Assembly: GCA_965116885.1 (NCBI GenBank)
Contig: OZ220741.1
Coordinates: 2,336,001-2,400,000, forward strand
From: Candidatus Latescibacterota bacterium
GTDB lineage: Bacteria; Latescibacterota; UBA2968
DNA: 64,000 bases
Direction of reading: 5' to 3'
The notes under the pieces are model-generated. The model saw nothing but the letters and a program-made list of their open reading frames with translations, did no database searches and was not told the DNA's origin. Below, one piece after another: positions 47,344 through 56,985 of this stretch. Both the position numbers and the translations under genes were made by a program. Position 1 is the stretch's first letter, and every line of letters begins with the position of its first letter.

Positions 47344-49182
47344 ATGCCGATGAAAAAAATGATATGGGTTCTTATAGCCGGTGCCTGTCTGGCGTGCAAG
47401 CCCTCTCAACCCGATGTCTCCACGGAGTTTGTCGGCGTACATCGCTGTGTGGGTTGCCACATGGAAGCGTATCAAAAGTGGCAGCGCACGACCCATGCGA
47501 CCTCTATGCAAGAAGCGACGCCACAGACTGTTAAGGGCGATTTCACAAAAAATAACGCTTATACTTTTGGCGGTGTTACCTCGACGATGAGCCTTCAAAA
47601 TGGTCGCTATTTTATTACGACGCCGGGGGCCGATGGGGCGCAAGGTACTCACGAGGTGCTATACACGATTGGCGACCGGGATACGCAGTGGTACATCGCT
47701 GAGCTTCCCGGAGGCCATTTGCAGATTCTTCCGGTTTATTTCGATGTTCGCAGAAATACCTGGTACAATCCCGTTGAAGGTATTATTGCCTCGCCGTCCG
47801 AACGGCCTTTAGATCCTGGCGATATCTCGTTCTGGATGCATTTTGGGCGCAATTGGAGCGCGCAGTGTTTTGACTGCCACGCCAGTCAGATTGCGGTCAA
47901 TTACGATCCCGATGCGGGTACTTATGATTCCCGCTGGGTAGATTTGAGTATCAATTGCGAGACCTGCCACGGTCCCGGGCAGGGCCATGTCGCGTTTTGG
48001 GAGAGAGCGCTGACAGATGCCGATGCTGCCGGTATGCAGGATACTTCGCTGGTGAATTTGAGAACGCTTTCCTCAGAACAATCCGTAGAGCTTTGCGCGC
48101 AGTGCCACGCGACGAAGCGCATTTTGAAACTGGGCTATCGGCCCGGCGACAATTTTTACGATTTTTACGAACCTGTTGTTCTGGATTTTGAAGGTATGTG
48201 GCCGGATGGTCGCTACCGACATCTCGCGTATAATTATACGGCGCTCACGCTCAGCCCCTGTTATACAGAGGGCGGGGTGACGTGTTTGACGTGTCATCCG
48301 TCTCATGGTCCGGAGGTGAAAAAGAAGACAAGGGCAGATTTCGACGGTATATGTATGCAGTGTCATCGGGATATAAAGCCACGCGAACACAGCCGCCACG
48401 AGCAGTACATCGCCTGTGTAGATTGCCATATGCCCCCGATTCCAGAAGTGCGCCGGGTGCGCGTGTTTGATCACCGCATTGCATCCCCAGTTCCGGCGAA
48501 TACGGTGCGTTTTGGCATTCCAAATGCCTGCGGTGAATGCCACGGGGACCGCACGCCCGAATGGGCTGTGGAAAAGACAGAAGCCTGGTGGGGGAAACAG
48601 GATGATTATCTTTTGCAAACGGCGGCTGTTGCACTGGGGCGACAGGGCAATCCGATGGCTGTGTCTCCTCTGAAAGACGAGTTGCTCGATCTGTCCAATA
48701 ATCCCACGCGGCGGGCTTCTGCTGCTTTGCTGCTGGGACGTACCCGATCCTCGCAGGCTGTTTCTGCGCTCCTCAACGCTTTGAAAGATCCGCATCCGCT
48801 CATCCGCGCAAAGGCGGTAGAAGGTCTGGGCCTCATCGGTCAGGCGCGGGTTGTGCCCGCGCTGGTTCCATTGTTAGATGATCCGGTTCGGCTCGTGCGG
48901 TTTGCCCTCGTGCCAGCTATTGAAAATCTGGGTGCATACCATCTCACGGGCCAGGACTACGAGCGCTATGAGGCCATTTTTGCCGAGTACGAGCAGGCGA
49001 GCAAAGAGGTTTGGGCGACTGATCCTTATGTGCATGCGTTTCTCGGATGGGCTTATGTGAGGCGGGGGAATACGGAATTGGCCCAGCGCGCTTTCCAGCG
49101 GGCGTTGCGGATTTGGCCCGGTATTGAGGACGCGGCCAGAGGACTGGCGCAGATACATAACGCAGAAAAAAACGACCGATGA
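47344..49182 (+). CDS. Octaheme c-type cytochrome lipoprotein fused to HEAT and TPR repeats
   Basis: Eight CXXCH motifs: CVGCH, CFDCH, CETCH, CAQCH, CLTCH, CMQCH, CVDCH, CGECH; C-terminal HEAT/TPR; lipobox-like CLAC. Confidence 0.9.
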   Translation: MPMKKMIWVLIAGACLACKPSQPDVSTEFVGVHRCVGCHMEAYQKWQRTTHATSMQEATPQTVKGDFTKNNAYTFGGVTSTMSLQNGRYFITTPGADGAQGTHEVLYTIGDRDTQWYIAELPGGHLQILPVYFDVRRNTWYNPVEGIIASPSERPLDPGDISFWMHFGRNWSAQCFDCHASQIAVNYDPDAGTYDSRWVDLSINCETCHGPGQGHVAFWERALTDADAAGMQDTSLVNLRTLSSEQSVELCAQCHATKRILKLGYRPGDNFYDFYEPVVLDFEGMWPDGRYRHLAYNYTALTLSPCYTEGGVTCLTCHPSHGPEVKKKTRADFDGICMQCHRDIKPREHSRHEQYIACVDCHMPPIPEVRRVRVFDHRIASPVPANTVRFGIPNACGECHGDRTPEWAVEKTEAWWGKQDDYLLQTAAVALGRQGNPMAVSPLKDELLDLSNNPTRRASAALLLGRTRSSQAVSALLNALKDPHPLIRAKAVEGLGLIGQARVVPALVPLLDDPVRLVRFALVPAIENLGAYHLTGQDYERYEAIFAEYEQASKEVWATDPYVHAFLGWAYVRRGNTELAQRAFQRALRIWPGIEDAARGLAQIHNAEKNDR

Positions 49183-49211
49183 GTAGAAAAACCCACCGGT
49201 CGTTTTTTTTT
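49166..49211. terminator. Bidirectional intrinsic terminator between convergent genes
   Basis: A7-CGACCG...CGGTCG-T9. Confidence 0.8.
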
Positions 49212-49226
49212 ATTTTGGAACGTCCA

Positions 49227-50240
49227 TTAGAACGATCCGGTTATGGATACGCGCAGGGGCGGATCAAATAAATGGCCGAAACTTATATATGCAAAATCGA
49301 CGCCGATCTTCCGTCCCACGCCCAGATCCTTTTGGACGCCGCCGCCGAGTGTCCAGGTGCCCAGGTCGTAACGCCCCCGGTAACCGGCTCGCAGTGCCAG
49401 CGTGTTGGCTACCCACAATTCGCCGCCCACATGCCAGCGCTCGCGGTCGTCAATGTGGTGTACGAGTTCGGCTGCTACGGTTAGATATGTGGGGTCTCCC
49501 TTGCGCCCATAAGGCTCCATTGCCAGAGCGATGGTGTAGATCAAGGGCTGGGCAATCGAAGTGCCCTGTGGGAGAGAACCGGGAATCACGAGTTCCTGGT
49601 CTTTGCCGAAGTTGCGAAGCGTCATGGCCAGGCGCGAACTGCCAAATCCGGTGTAAAAAACACTGGAAAAATCAAACGAGGCACTGTTGATCTTGTCCTG
49701 GTCTAATGTCTCTTGAATCCACTTTACAGACGCACCCAGCGACAATTTATCGGTCATCTTGTACGCATAACCGAAGTTTATAAAAATATCGCCGGCCGAT
49801 ATATCCCGCGTGAAGCGCCCTTGCGGATCCAGAGGCGTGGTCTCTCGGGAGGTGCCAGCGTCAAACTGAATGACCGACAGCCCAAAGGTCTGTTGGCCGT
49901 ATCGCCAGGCGACCGCACCGTTGAAAAATTTCGAATCTACCATCCAGCGCGTATATCCCAGGGCATATTCGAATCGCTCAATGTGGGTCAATGCCGCCGT
50001 GTTCCAGAACATCGCATTGATGTCGTCGGCTGCGGCTGTAAACGCATCGCCCATTGCGGCTGCCCGCGCGCTCTGCCCCACCTTCAATGCGTGGAACGAA
50101 GCTCGCCCGGTTCCGTGGAACTCTTTTGTTCGGTGCTGACCCGCGCGCACGCCGGACGGCAACTGATAATTTTGTGCCCAGGCGTCTGACCCCAAAAGCC
50201 CGACGGCCAGGAGCATCGTATAAATAGTTAATCGTTTCAC
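49227..50240 (-). CDS. PorV/PorQ-like (UPF0164) outer-membrane beta-barrel
   Basis: Signal peptide; ARAAAMGDAFTAAADDINAMFWNTAAL, LALRAGY, C-terminal Phe. Confidence 0.85.
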   Translation of the reverse strand: MKRLTIYTMLLAVGLLGSDAWAQNYQLPSGVRAGQHRTKEFHGTGRASFHALKVGQSARAAAMGDAFTAAADDINAMFWNTAALTHIERFEYALGYTRWMVDSKFFNGAVAWRYGQQTFGLSVIQFDAGTSRETTPLDPQGRFTRDISAGDIFINFGYAYKMTDKLSLGASVKWIQETLDQDKINSASFDFSSVFYTGFGSSRLAMTLRNFGKDQELVIPGSLPQGTSIAQPLIYTIALAMEPYGRKGDPTYLTVAAELVHHIDDRERWHVGGELWVANTLALRAGYRGRYDLGTWTLGGGVQKDLGVGRKIGVDFAYISFGHLFDPPLRVSITGSF

Positions 50241-50264
50241 ATCTACTCTCCTTTGTGTGTAGAA

Positions 50265-50290
50265 GGGCGGAACAGAGTGCCCGCCCCTCC
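50265..50290 (-). repeat. REP-like palindrome (GGAG variant)
   Basis: Minus strand GGAG-GGGCGG-GCACTCTGTT-CCGCCC, related to the 25998 element. Confidence 0.6.
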
Positions 50291-50298
50291 CGTCGGTC

Positions 50299-52797
50299 TT
50301 ACTGGATAATCAGAAAACTGCCCGTTTGAACCTTGCCTTCTTGTCCGGGTACCAGCGATTCTACGGCGAAGAAGTAAATCCCCGGAGACGCATACGACGT
50401 GCCAGAACGCGCCCGTTGAGACCAGCTCACTTCTGCCGTGTGCTGCGCGCCGCGCGTCCCATCGTGTACTATTTCCATAACCAGGTCTCCCGCAGCCGTG
50501 AAAATCGAGATGCGGGCCAGACGCGGCAGGTTGGTAAACCGCATGCGCTTGTTGTTGTCGCCCTGTGCGCCAAAGGAATGCATTCCGTCGTCCTTCCACG
50601 GATTTGGCACCACGAGCACTTTTTCTTCGAGAGCGTCGAATCCGTCTGAGGCTGCCACAACAGGCGTAAACTGACCGCCGCTTGTATTGTGCCGCGCGGC
50701 CGTCACTATATGGCTGGACTCGGTTCCCTCACGGATGTGGTTTTGAACCACGGGGGGCAGATCTGCAAGTGTTGTCGGGACGGGCATTTGCGCGCCTGGA
50801 ATCGCATTTTTCTGCGCATTCATGTTCTCCCAGTTCGCGTGCCCATTGGCATAGGTTACGATATTGTACCGATACCCAAATCCCGTAACAGAGTTTTCAT
50901 CGGCAAAAGTATAAAGCCCGGTTGATGAATCGTAATAACTCGGGTCCTTGGCCTGAATTGTGGCGATCAGATTCCACGGGCCTGAAGGCGCGCCAGCATG
51001 CTGCACGGGATCCGTCTGGATCAGCGCCGTGTTCCCGTAAATTTTGTAACCGGCGACATCCTGCGCCTCGCCGCCAGAATAATCCGGGTGTACCGCATCG
51101 TCGGCACCATCGCTCCAGGACAGTTCCACGTTCCCATTTGCATTGCTGCGAAGCAAAACAGCGCGGTCGGTTTCGGCGCGAGAAATTGATTCCACATCTG
51201 GCGGTTGATTGGGCAGGTCAAACCCCATTGCGTACAATTGACGCGCGCGATCGATGTGGTTGAACAAAATATCCTCACCGCCGGGTACCTGCCCCTGCGC
51301 GCCTGGCGTCATTGCCCACAGCCGAAAGTCCATCGGCTCACCACCCGGACCCGCATTTTCGGCGGCCATACCCGCGGCAAAAACCACCACGATTTTTGCC
51401 TTGTCGCCCGGTGCCAATTTCCAGGGACCGAACATTTGCGAGTGCAGTTGTTCCTGCAATTCTCGCTCATCGGGATTTGGGCCACCTTCAACCGGGTTGT
51501 CGTCATAGGGCTTGCCCGGGGTGATGAATTTCTTCCACAACTCTTCAACCGTATCAATTGTCTCATGCGGCTCAAACTCGATATTCGTACGGCTTCGGCG
51601 TTTCCACCAGTGCGCATACGCAGGCTGACTGTTGGGAATATCCTCGCCTCCCATCGCCGTACCCGTAATCGGCACATAGTCTTCCGGGTCGTTGATAAAG
51701 GGCGGTGTCACATCTACAGGTCCCCAGCCTATGTATTGCGGCGAATACAATTCTTGCTCTGCTCGATACCCGATCACGCCAATGGCTTCGGCGCCGAACC
51801 GGGGTTCGCCCATGTCGTTATTTGAACTGGTAGGCGCATCGCCATCGTATTGATACGATACCTTCTTACCGCGGTATTTCCCACCGTAATTGGCGGACTC
51901 GGTAAACTGATACCGGTCGTCTTCCAGCCGACGCCCCGGTTCGGAAAACCAGTAGCCGTTCCACTTGCGATAGGAGTGCCCGGGTTTGTTCACGCTGAAA
52001 TAGTTCAAGTACCCCATATACACTTCTTCATAGGACCTGTCTGAGGTATTCTCTACGACCAGTTCTACAAAAAAGAAATCGTCGTAATCCGGATGGCTCC
52101 ATCCATACGCTGTCCGCGTCATTGTCATGCCGGTCCCATCTGGCTCGATATTCGTGTTGCTGCGCCATCTCGTAATCACGGTTTCTTCTGGAAAGTGATC
52201 GAACTGGGGCAGCGTATATGACCCGTTCTCGCGGTAGTTATCCACTTCCACAGGCTCGTCGGAAATCGGCTTGGATTGCTCGGTAATCCCGCCGCGGTCC
52301 GTGTTGAACCACACGTTGGCGTCCTGGGTGTCAAATCCCAGTCGGGCGGCTACGATCGGCGGATCTTGCCCGTTTCGCAAGCGCATATTGCCCGATCCAG
52401 GCGTCAGGTCTGGAACTACCTGCTCCACATCTCCAGTGTTCGACACTGGTCCCGAGGATGTGACATAGGTATTTCCATTCGCATCCCGCGCGAGTATCCA
52501 CACCCCCTGGCCCTTCGAGTTGTCGTAGTCCTGGTCTCGACCGCCGAAACTGCCCGATGTCGAAGATCCCGTATAAATATACGGATATGTCATGGAAGCG
52601 TTTTCCCGCGCCACATATCCTTCCGACCCCAGGGCAAATGTCCCGCCCTGCTGTCCTGTGTTGCGAAACGATTCCGACAGCTTTGACCGGTCAATCTGTT
52701 TCATTGGCACTGGCTCATCCACCGCCTGAACCCCTGTCACAAATAGTCCAGTCAGAAAAATGCCCGCAAGCGCCTTACCAATCATTTGTCTAAACAT
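50299..52797 (-). CDS. Secreted protein with a T9SS-type C-terminal sorting (FlgD-Ig-like) domain
   Basis: Signal peptide; FN3-like segment (VELSW...VAGYKIY); C-terminal VVPNP...FTNLP..ARISIFTAAGDLV...W...SPGIYFFAV...GSFLIIQ. Confidence 0.78.
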   Translation of the reverse strand: MFRQMIGKALAGIFLTGLFVTGVQAVDEPVPMKQIDRSKLSESFRNTGQQGGTFALGSEGYVARENASMTYPYIYTGSSTSGSFGGRDQDYDNSKGQGVWILARDANGNTYVTSSGPVSNTGDVEQVVPDLTPGSGNMRLRNGQDPPIVAARLGFDTQDANVWFNTDRGGITEQSKPISDEPVEVDNYRENGSYTLPQFDHFPEETVITRWRSNTNIEPDGTGMTMTRTAYGWSHPDYDDFFFVELVVENTSDRSYEEVYMGYLNYFSVNKPGHSYRKWNGYWFSEPGRRLEDDRYQFTESANYGGKYRGKKVSYQYDGDAPTSSNNDMGEPRFGAEAIGVIGYRAEQELYSPQYIGWGPVDVTPPFINDPEDYVPITGTAMGGEDIPNSQPAYAHWWKRRSRTNIEFEPHETIDTVEELWKKFITPGKPYDDNPVEGGPNPDERELQEQLHSQMFGPWKLAPGDKAKIVVVFAAGMAAENAGPGGEPMDFRLWAMTPGAQGQVPGGEDILFNHIDRARQLYAMGFDLPNQPPDVESISRAETDRAVLLRSNANGNVELSWSDGADDAVHPDYSGGEAQDVAGYKIYGNTALIQTDPVQHAGAPSGPWNLIATIQAKDPSYYDSSTGLYTFADENSVTGFGYRYNIVTYANGHANWENMNAQKNAIPGAQMPVPTTLADLPPVVQNHIREGTESSHIVTAARHNTSGGQFTPVVAASDGFDALEEKVLVVPNPWKDDGMHSFGAQGDNNKRMRFTNLPRLARISIFTAAGDLVMEIVHDGTRGAQHTAEVSWSQRARSGTSYASPGIYFFAVESLVPGQEGKVQTGSFLIIQ

Positions 52798-52822
52798 AAA
52801 TTCACTCCTTATAGAGGCGCCA

Positions 52823-52854
52823 GGATCGGGGAACCTGTTCTGATTCCCCGATCC
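52823..52854. other. Intercistronic 11-bp-stem hairpin
   Basis: GGATCGGGGAA-10 nt-TTCCCCGATCC between the TBDR and cargo genes; no U-tract. Confidence 0.75.
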
Positions 52855-52860
52855 ACCGGT

Positions 52861-55800
52861 TTACATGCTCGTGCGCACGCCGAAATAGATCTCGCGGGTG
52901 CGATTCGTGTAGCTGTTCCACTGATCCCAGATCTGGTTGTTGTCCCGCACCACCACTGGCGTGGGCTGGTTCTCAGCCAGACCATACTTCGGTATGTCGT
53001 GGAAGAAATTCCACCTGCGGATCGAACGCGGCTTTTTGGCGTTGAACAAATTGGTCGCCTCAAAGAACACGGTCGGACGCAATTTCCCGATCCGGAAGCC
53101 CTTCTGAATGCCCAGATCCGTGCGGAATGCCGTTGGGTTGGTGAACAGCAGCTGGTTCCTGATCAGCTTGTTGGCCGTCGAGGGAGATGGCGTGGGCTGG
53201 CTATAGCGGAAGAATGTGCCCGGTTCGATTCGCAGCACCAGGTTCACGTTCAAATCGCTCAGCACCTTGCTCCCGCCCACCTCTGGACCATAGCCTTCGG
53301 GCGTGGCAAACAAAAATGTGATGCTTCCATCGCCCGTGGCATCGCGCATGTTGGCAGGACCGCGCACACCTCCTATTGTGTGTATACGAGCCGCAATATT
53401 CCGCTCGTCAGTCCAGGGGAATCCAACCTGTGCATCCGGCACCTGATTGGCGAATTTTTCGGTGATCCACAATTCCCGGTTGGCGTCGATTTCCTGCTGC
53501 ACCAGCTGGTCGGCAAACATGCCAATAGCATTGACCTCGGCACTCGACAGGGGTTGCCAGACGCGCTCACCCGTAGTCTGGTCGATTGCAAACTTGAAGC
53601 GATACGCATCTTTGGCCAGGAAGTCCGAATCCACGAACCAGCGCCCCACCCACTCCCGACCACCGTAGAAGTTGTTCTGCTCCCAGTACCAACTCCACGT
53701 CGCGCGGAAAGAGAAGAAATTGGTGAATCGCTTGCTCACAGCCAATTCCAGGCCGCGCGTTTCACCGCTGTACGCGTTCTGATACCAGTGTGCGCGCTTG
53801 ATCTGCTTCTCTACCGGATCGTGCAAAAACGTGTTGTTCTGCTGGAGATAGTCTTCTGTGCGGCGGTAGAACATCGTCGCATTGGCCGTGTAGTCCGAAA
53901 CAAAGTTCCAATCGACACCCACTTCGTAGTTCACCGTGCTGCCCGGGCGCGAATTCGTCGATCCGCGCTTGGTCGAGCCCATTTCCAGGCCGCCGTAATA
54001 CTCATACGAGCTATATCTGCCGTCTGCGTTCAGGTCTTCGGCTATGCTTCGGCCCGAAGCCGCCTGCCAGGTCTGCCCATACATCGCATAGAAAATCGGG
54101 AGGACGAAGAACCGGCCGTATGAGAAGTGAATCGCAGACCGCGCGGTAATCGGGTGAGATACCCCAAAGCGCGGCGACAGTTTGAACATATTTAGACCAT
54201 CATAAGTGGGGAATGACTGCGGATTGTTGGGATAGGGCGTTTGACCCTGCCGCGCCAACGACGCATCTGCATCGGCAAACCAGCGGTTTTGAGGCAGCAC
54301 CGACCACACGGGTTCGGGACGCGTCTGACCGCCGTGGTCAAACGCATCCAGACGCACGCCCACGTTTACGACCATCCCCTCAAATTCCATTTTGTCCTGT
54401 GCATAAGCTCCAAGCTGGAATGCCCCTCTCGGATAATCCCGGAAGGCGTTCCAGGCAGGGTCGTCGAGATTGCCAGCCCCTCTTAAATCGGGGAGTTTAA
54501 CGCCGTTCACAGTCGTGGCGGGCACAAAGTCCATCTGACCATCTGCACCCAACCGGTTCTGAGCCGATGCATAGTAGTCGTACATCGTCCAGACCCGATA
54601 ACTGCCCGATGTTCCACGGCTCTGTGATTCCCACTGGTAGGTCCGGAACCAGGTTGCTTCGGCTCCTGCCTTAAAGAAATTTCCCTTTGTTACCTGACTG
54701 GAGAAATCGAATTTCAAATTGTGGCGCGTTTGACGATTCAATCGGTAGTCCCGAACCTCACGAGGTGTTGCCGTAAACCACTTGTCGTGGTCCCGAACCA
54801 CATTGAACGTTTCTATAGGCATCCCCGATGTGTCTTGCTCGCTGTCTGAACGCGAGATACGCAACTCGTACAGGGTGCGGGAAGACAGAGAGTGCGTTAA
54901 ATACGCGTACAACATTGAGTTCCATTCGATCTCTTTGCCCGCACCATCTATGCCTGCGGGCAAATACAGATCTCGACCGGCTGATAATGCCGACTCCCGC
55001 GTGTTGCGGAAATTCTGGTTCGTTCCATACACACCACCCAACTTCAGGTTGATATTGGGCCTTAAGCCAAATGTCAATTTGCCCGTTACCTGATAATTGG
55101 GCAGGCTCCGAAGTGCGGGGTCGGGACGCTGCACGGGTTGACGATCTGTCTGCGCGCTCACGTGGAACGAGGTGTTGTTCCCAATGGGACCCGAAAGGGA
55201 ACCCTCCAGGCGATGCCCCGATACATCTGTGTAATCGTCTGGCTGGATATGTACCAGACGTCCCGAATCATCTGCTGTGCCGGGCAATCCATCGGCACCA
55301 ATATCTTCTTTTTCCTGCAACCAGGCCGGATCGTCCAGGCGGATGCGGCTTCTGCCCGTACCCTGGTTCAGGTGAATGATCGGGTCATAGGCATTGAAGC
55401 CGTAATGCCGCTTTCCGGCAACTGTATATCGATACTCGAAGAATCCGTGGTAGTCTCGGCTACCCTCTCGCGTCACGATATTGATGATCCCGGCGTCCAT
55501 GTTTCCGTATTCGGCTTCTGGAACACCGGTTACTACAGAGATTTCCTGGATTGATGCGCGGTTCACACCCGTGAACATATTTGCCGCGCGGCGGTCATTA
55601 TTCACCATCCGCACACCGTCAACAGTATAGGTGAGTGAAATGGGCTTTGGCGTTGTCGTGTACCAGCCCGCACGGCGTTCGCCTTCGTCCATTTGAAAGT
55701 TGCCCTGCCGCACCGACCGTCCGTCTTTCTGTACGCCCGGTTGCAAGCCCGCCCACGCCCGAGCATCTTTGACCACGGGCTGCAAGTCGATCTCGTCAGC

Positions 55801-56208
55801 CGTTACGTAGTATTTGCTCGCGGTCTTGTCCGGCTCTACGGGTGGACGCTCTGCCGTCACGATCAGTTCTGCGGCTTCCAGTGCTGTCTCGGTGAGCCTG
55901 AAATCCACTGTGGTGGTATAGCCCACCACCACTTTCACATCTTGCTGCACCACCTTCTGGTACCCCACCAGCGAGGCTTCCAAACTGTGCGTTCCCGGCA
56001 GGACCAGCAAGATGATATAATATCCTTCTGCATCTGCTGTCGCCCCCCGGTTTGTTCCCACAATCACGACGTTGGCACCGGGCAAGGGATCGCCTTTGAT
56101 ATCCATTACCCTGCCAGCTATTTTACCCGTTGTTGCCGCCTGTGCCCAATCCTGGATACCCAGGAAACAGACCAGCAAAACGGACAAAAATGCTAACTTT
56201 CTTATCAT
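52861..56208 (-). CDS. TonB-dependent receptor with an N-terminal carboxypeptidase-regulatory-like domain
   Basis: TGKIAGRV, LPGANVVI, VTAERP, YTVDGV, IQEISVVTG..AEYGN, GIINIVTREG, SPRFGVSHPIT, NLFN, REIYFGV. Confidence 0.92.
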   Translation of the reverse strand: MIRKLAFLSVLLVCFLGIQDWAQAATTGKIAGRVMDIKGDPLPGANVVIVGTNRGATADAEGYYIILLVLPGTHSLEASLVGYQKVVQQDVKVVVGYTTTVDFRLTETALEAAELIVTAERPPVEPDKTASKYYVTADEIDLQPVVKDARAWAGLQPGVQKDGRSVRQGNFQMDEGERRAGWYTTTPKPISLTYTVDGVRMVNNDRRAANMFTGVNRASIQEISVVTGVPEAEYGNMDAGIINIVTREGSRDYHGFFEYRYTVAGKRHYGFNAYDPIIHLNQGTGRSRIRLDDPAWLQEKEDIGADGLPGTADDSGRLVHIQPDDYTDVSGHRLEGSLSGPIGNNTSFHVSAQTDRQPVQRPDPALRSLPNYQVTGKLTFGLRPNINLKLGGVYGTNQNFRNTRESALSAGRDLYLPAGIDGAGKEIEWNSMLYAYLTHSLSSRTLYELRISRSDSEQDTSGMPIETFNVVRDHDKWFTATPREVRDYRLNRQTRHNLKFDFSSQVTKGNFFKAGAEATWFRTYQWESQSRGTSGSYRVWTMYDYYASAQNRLGADGQMDFVPATTVNGVKLPDLRGAGNLDDPAWNAFRDYPRGAFQLGAYAQDKMEFEGMVVNVGVRLDAFDHGGQTRPEPVWSVLPQNRWFADADASLARQGQTPYPNNPQSFPTYDGLNMFKLSPRFGVSHPITARSAIHFSYGRFFVLPIFYAMYGQTWQAASGRSIAEDLNADGRYSSYEYYGGLEMGSTKRGSTNSRPGSTVNYEVGVDWNFVSDYTANATMFYRRTEDYLQQNNTFLHDPVEKQIKRAHWYQNAYSGETRGLELAVSKRFTNFFSFRATWSWYWEQNNFYGGREWVGRWFVDSDFLAKDAYRFKFAIDQTTGERVWQPLSSAEVNAIGMFADQLVQQEIDANRELWITEKFANQVPDAQVGFPWTDERNIAARIHTIGGVRGPANMRDATGDGSITFLFATPEGYGPEVGGSKVLSDLNVNLVLRIEPGTFFRYSQPTPSPSTANKLIRNQLLFTNPTAFRTDLGIQKGFRIGKLRPTVFFEATNLFNAKKPRSIRRWNFFHDIPKYGLAENQPTPVVVRDNNQIWDQWNSYTNRTREIYFGVRTSM

Positions 56209-56235
56209 CTTTATGCCTCCTTATATAAAGAGTTA

Positions 56236-56985
56236 TTACATCACGTAGTACTTGACTGAAAGTCCGATCTCGAAATAGTGCAGCGGAAAGGTCCGCGCAA
56301 CGCCATAAGATTCCAGCTGACGCAATTCCCCGATCAGCAGGTTCCACCGCGCCCGCGCATCAACTGCTGCGCGACTACCTGCCAATACCTCCACACCCAA
56401 ACCCACGTTGAGCCCCCACGCCACATCCGTATCGTCAAACGGCGCCAGTTCCAATGTCGGATCGATCCCCCCGCCCAGGTTCGGTTGTCCTGCAAAGATC
56501 AGGCCCGATACCGAATTTTTGTAGTGGTAAAATCCACCGCCATAGGTGATGAAGGGACTGCCGATCACGCTGTCTGATCCACCCGTGCGCCCCCTGAGGT
56601 GATACAAGCCGTTGATCGTAAACGCATTGACGGTCATGTAATTGCGCGCCAGCGGGCTTGTGATTTTCTGCCACTCCTCCGGCTTGTCTTCGGGCCAGTA
56701 AAAAGTCGCTTCTTGAATTTTGCCGGGATCAAAGCGCGTGCGGTGATATTCTACCTCCAGGGTATTGCGCGCATCCCGCGCATAGGTGAAATACAGCCCG
56801 AATGCTTCCTGTGCGTGAAAGCGGTTCTTCATCCCGAATACGGGAAAGTTGAAGTTACCGCTCAAGCCCAGGCCAACTTTTCCCACCACGCCCGTGTCCT
56901 GCCCATGGGCATCGCCATGGCTATTGCCTGGAAGCGCGAAAAACATCAAACAAATTGCGGAAATTATCCCTCGTTTCATACGCAA
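56236..56985 (-). CDS. Small outer-membrane beta-barrel (OmpA/OmpW-like)
   Basis: Signal peptide; SPFITYGGGFY, WGLNVGLGVE, C-terminal IGLSVKYY. Confidence 0.75.
   Translation of the reverse strand: MRMKRGIISAICLMFFALPGNSHGDAHGQDTGVVGKVGLGLSGNFNFPVFGMKNRFHAQEAFGLYFTYARDARNTLEVEYHRTRFDPGKIQEATFYWPEDKPEEWQKITSPLARNYMTVNAFTINGLYHLRGRTGGSDSVIGSPFITYGGGFYHYKNSVSGLIFAGQPNLGGGIDPTLELAPFDDTDVAWGLNVGLGVEVLAGSRAAVDARARWNLLIGELRQLESYGVARTFPLHYFEIGLSVKYYVM

Noticed and set aside
52786..54123. 445-aa plus-strand ORF
   Set aside because: Antisense shadow of the TonB-dependent receptor gene
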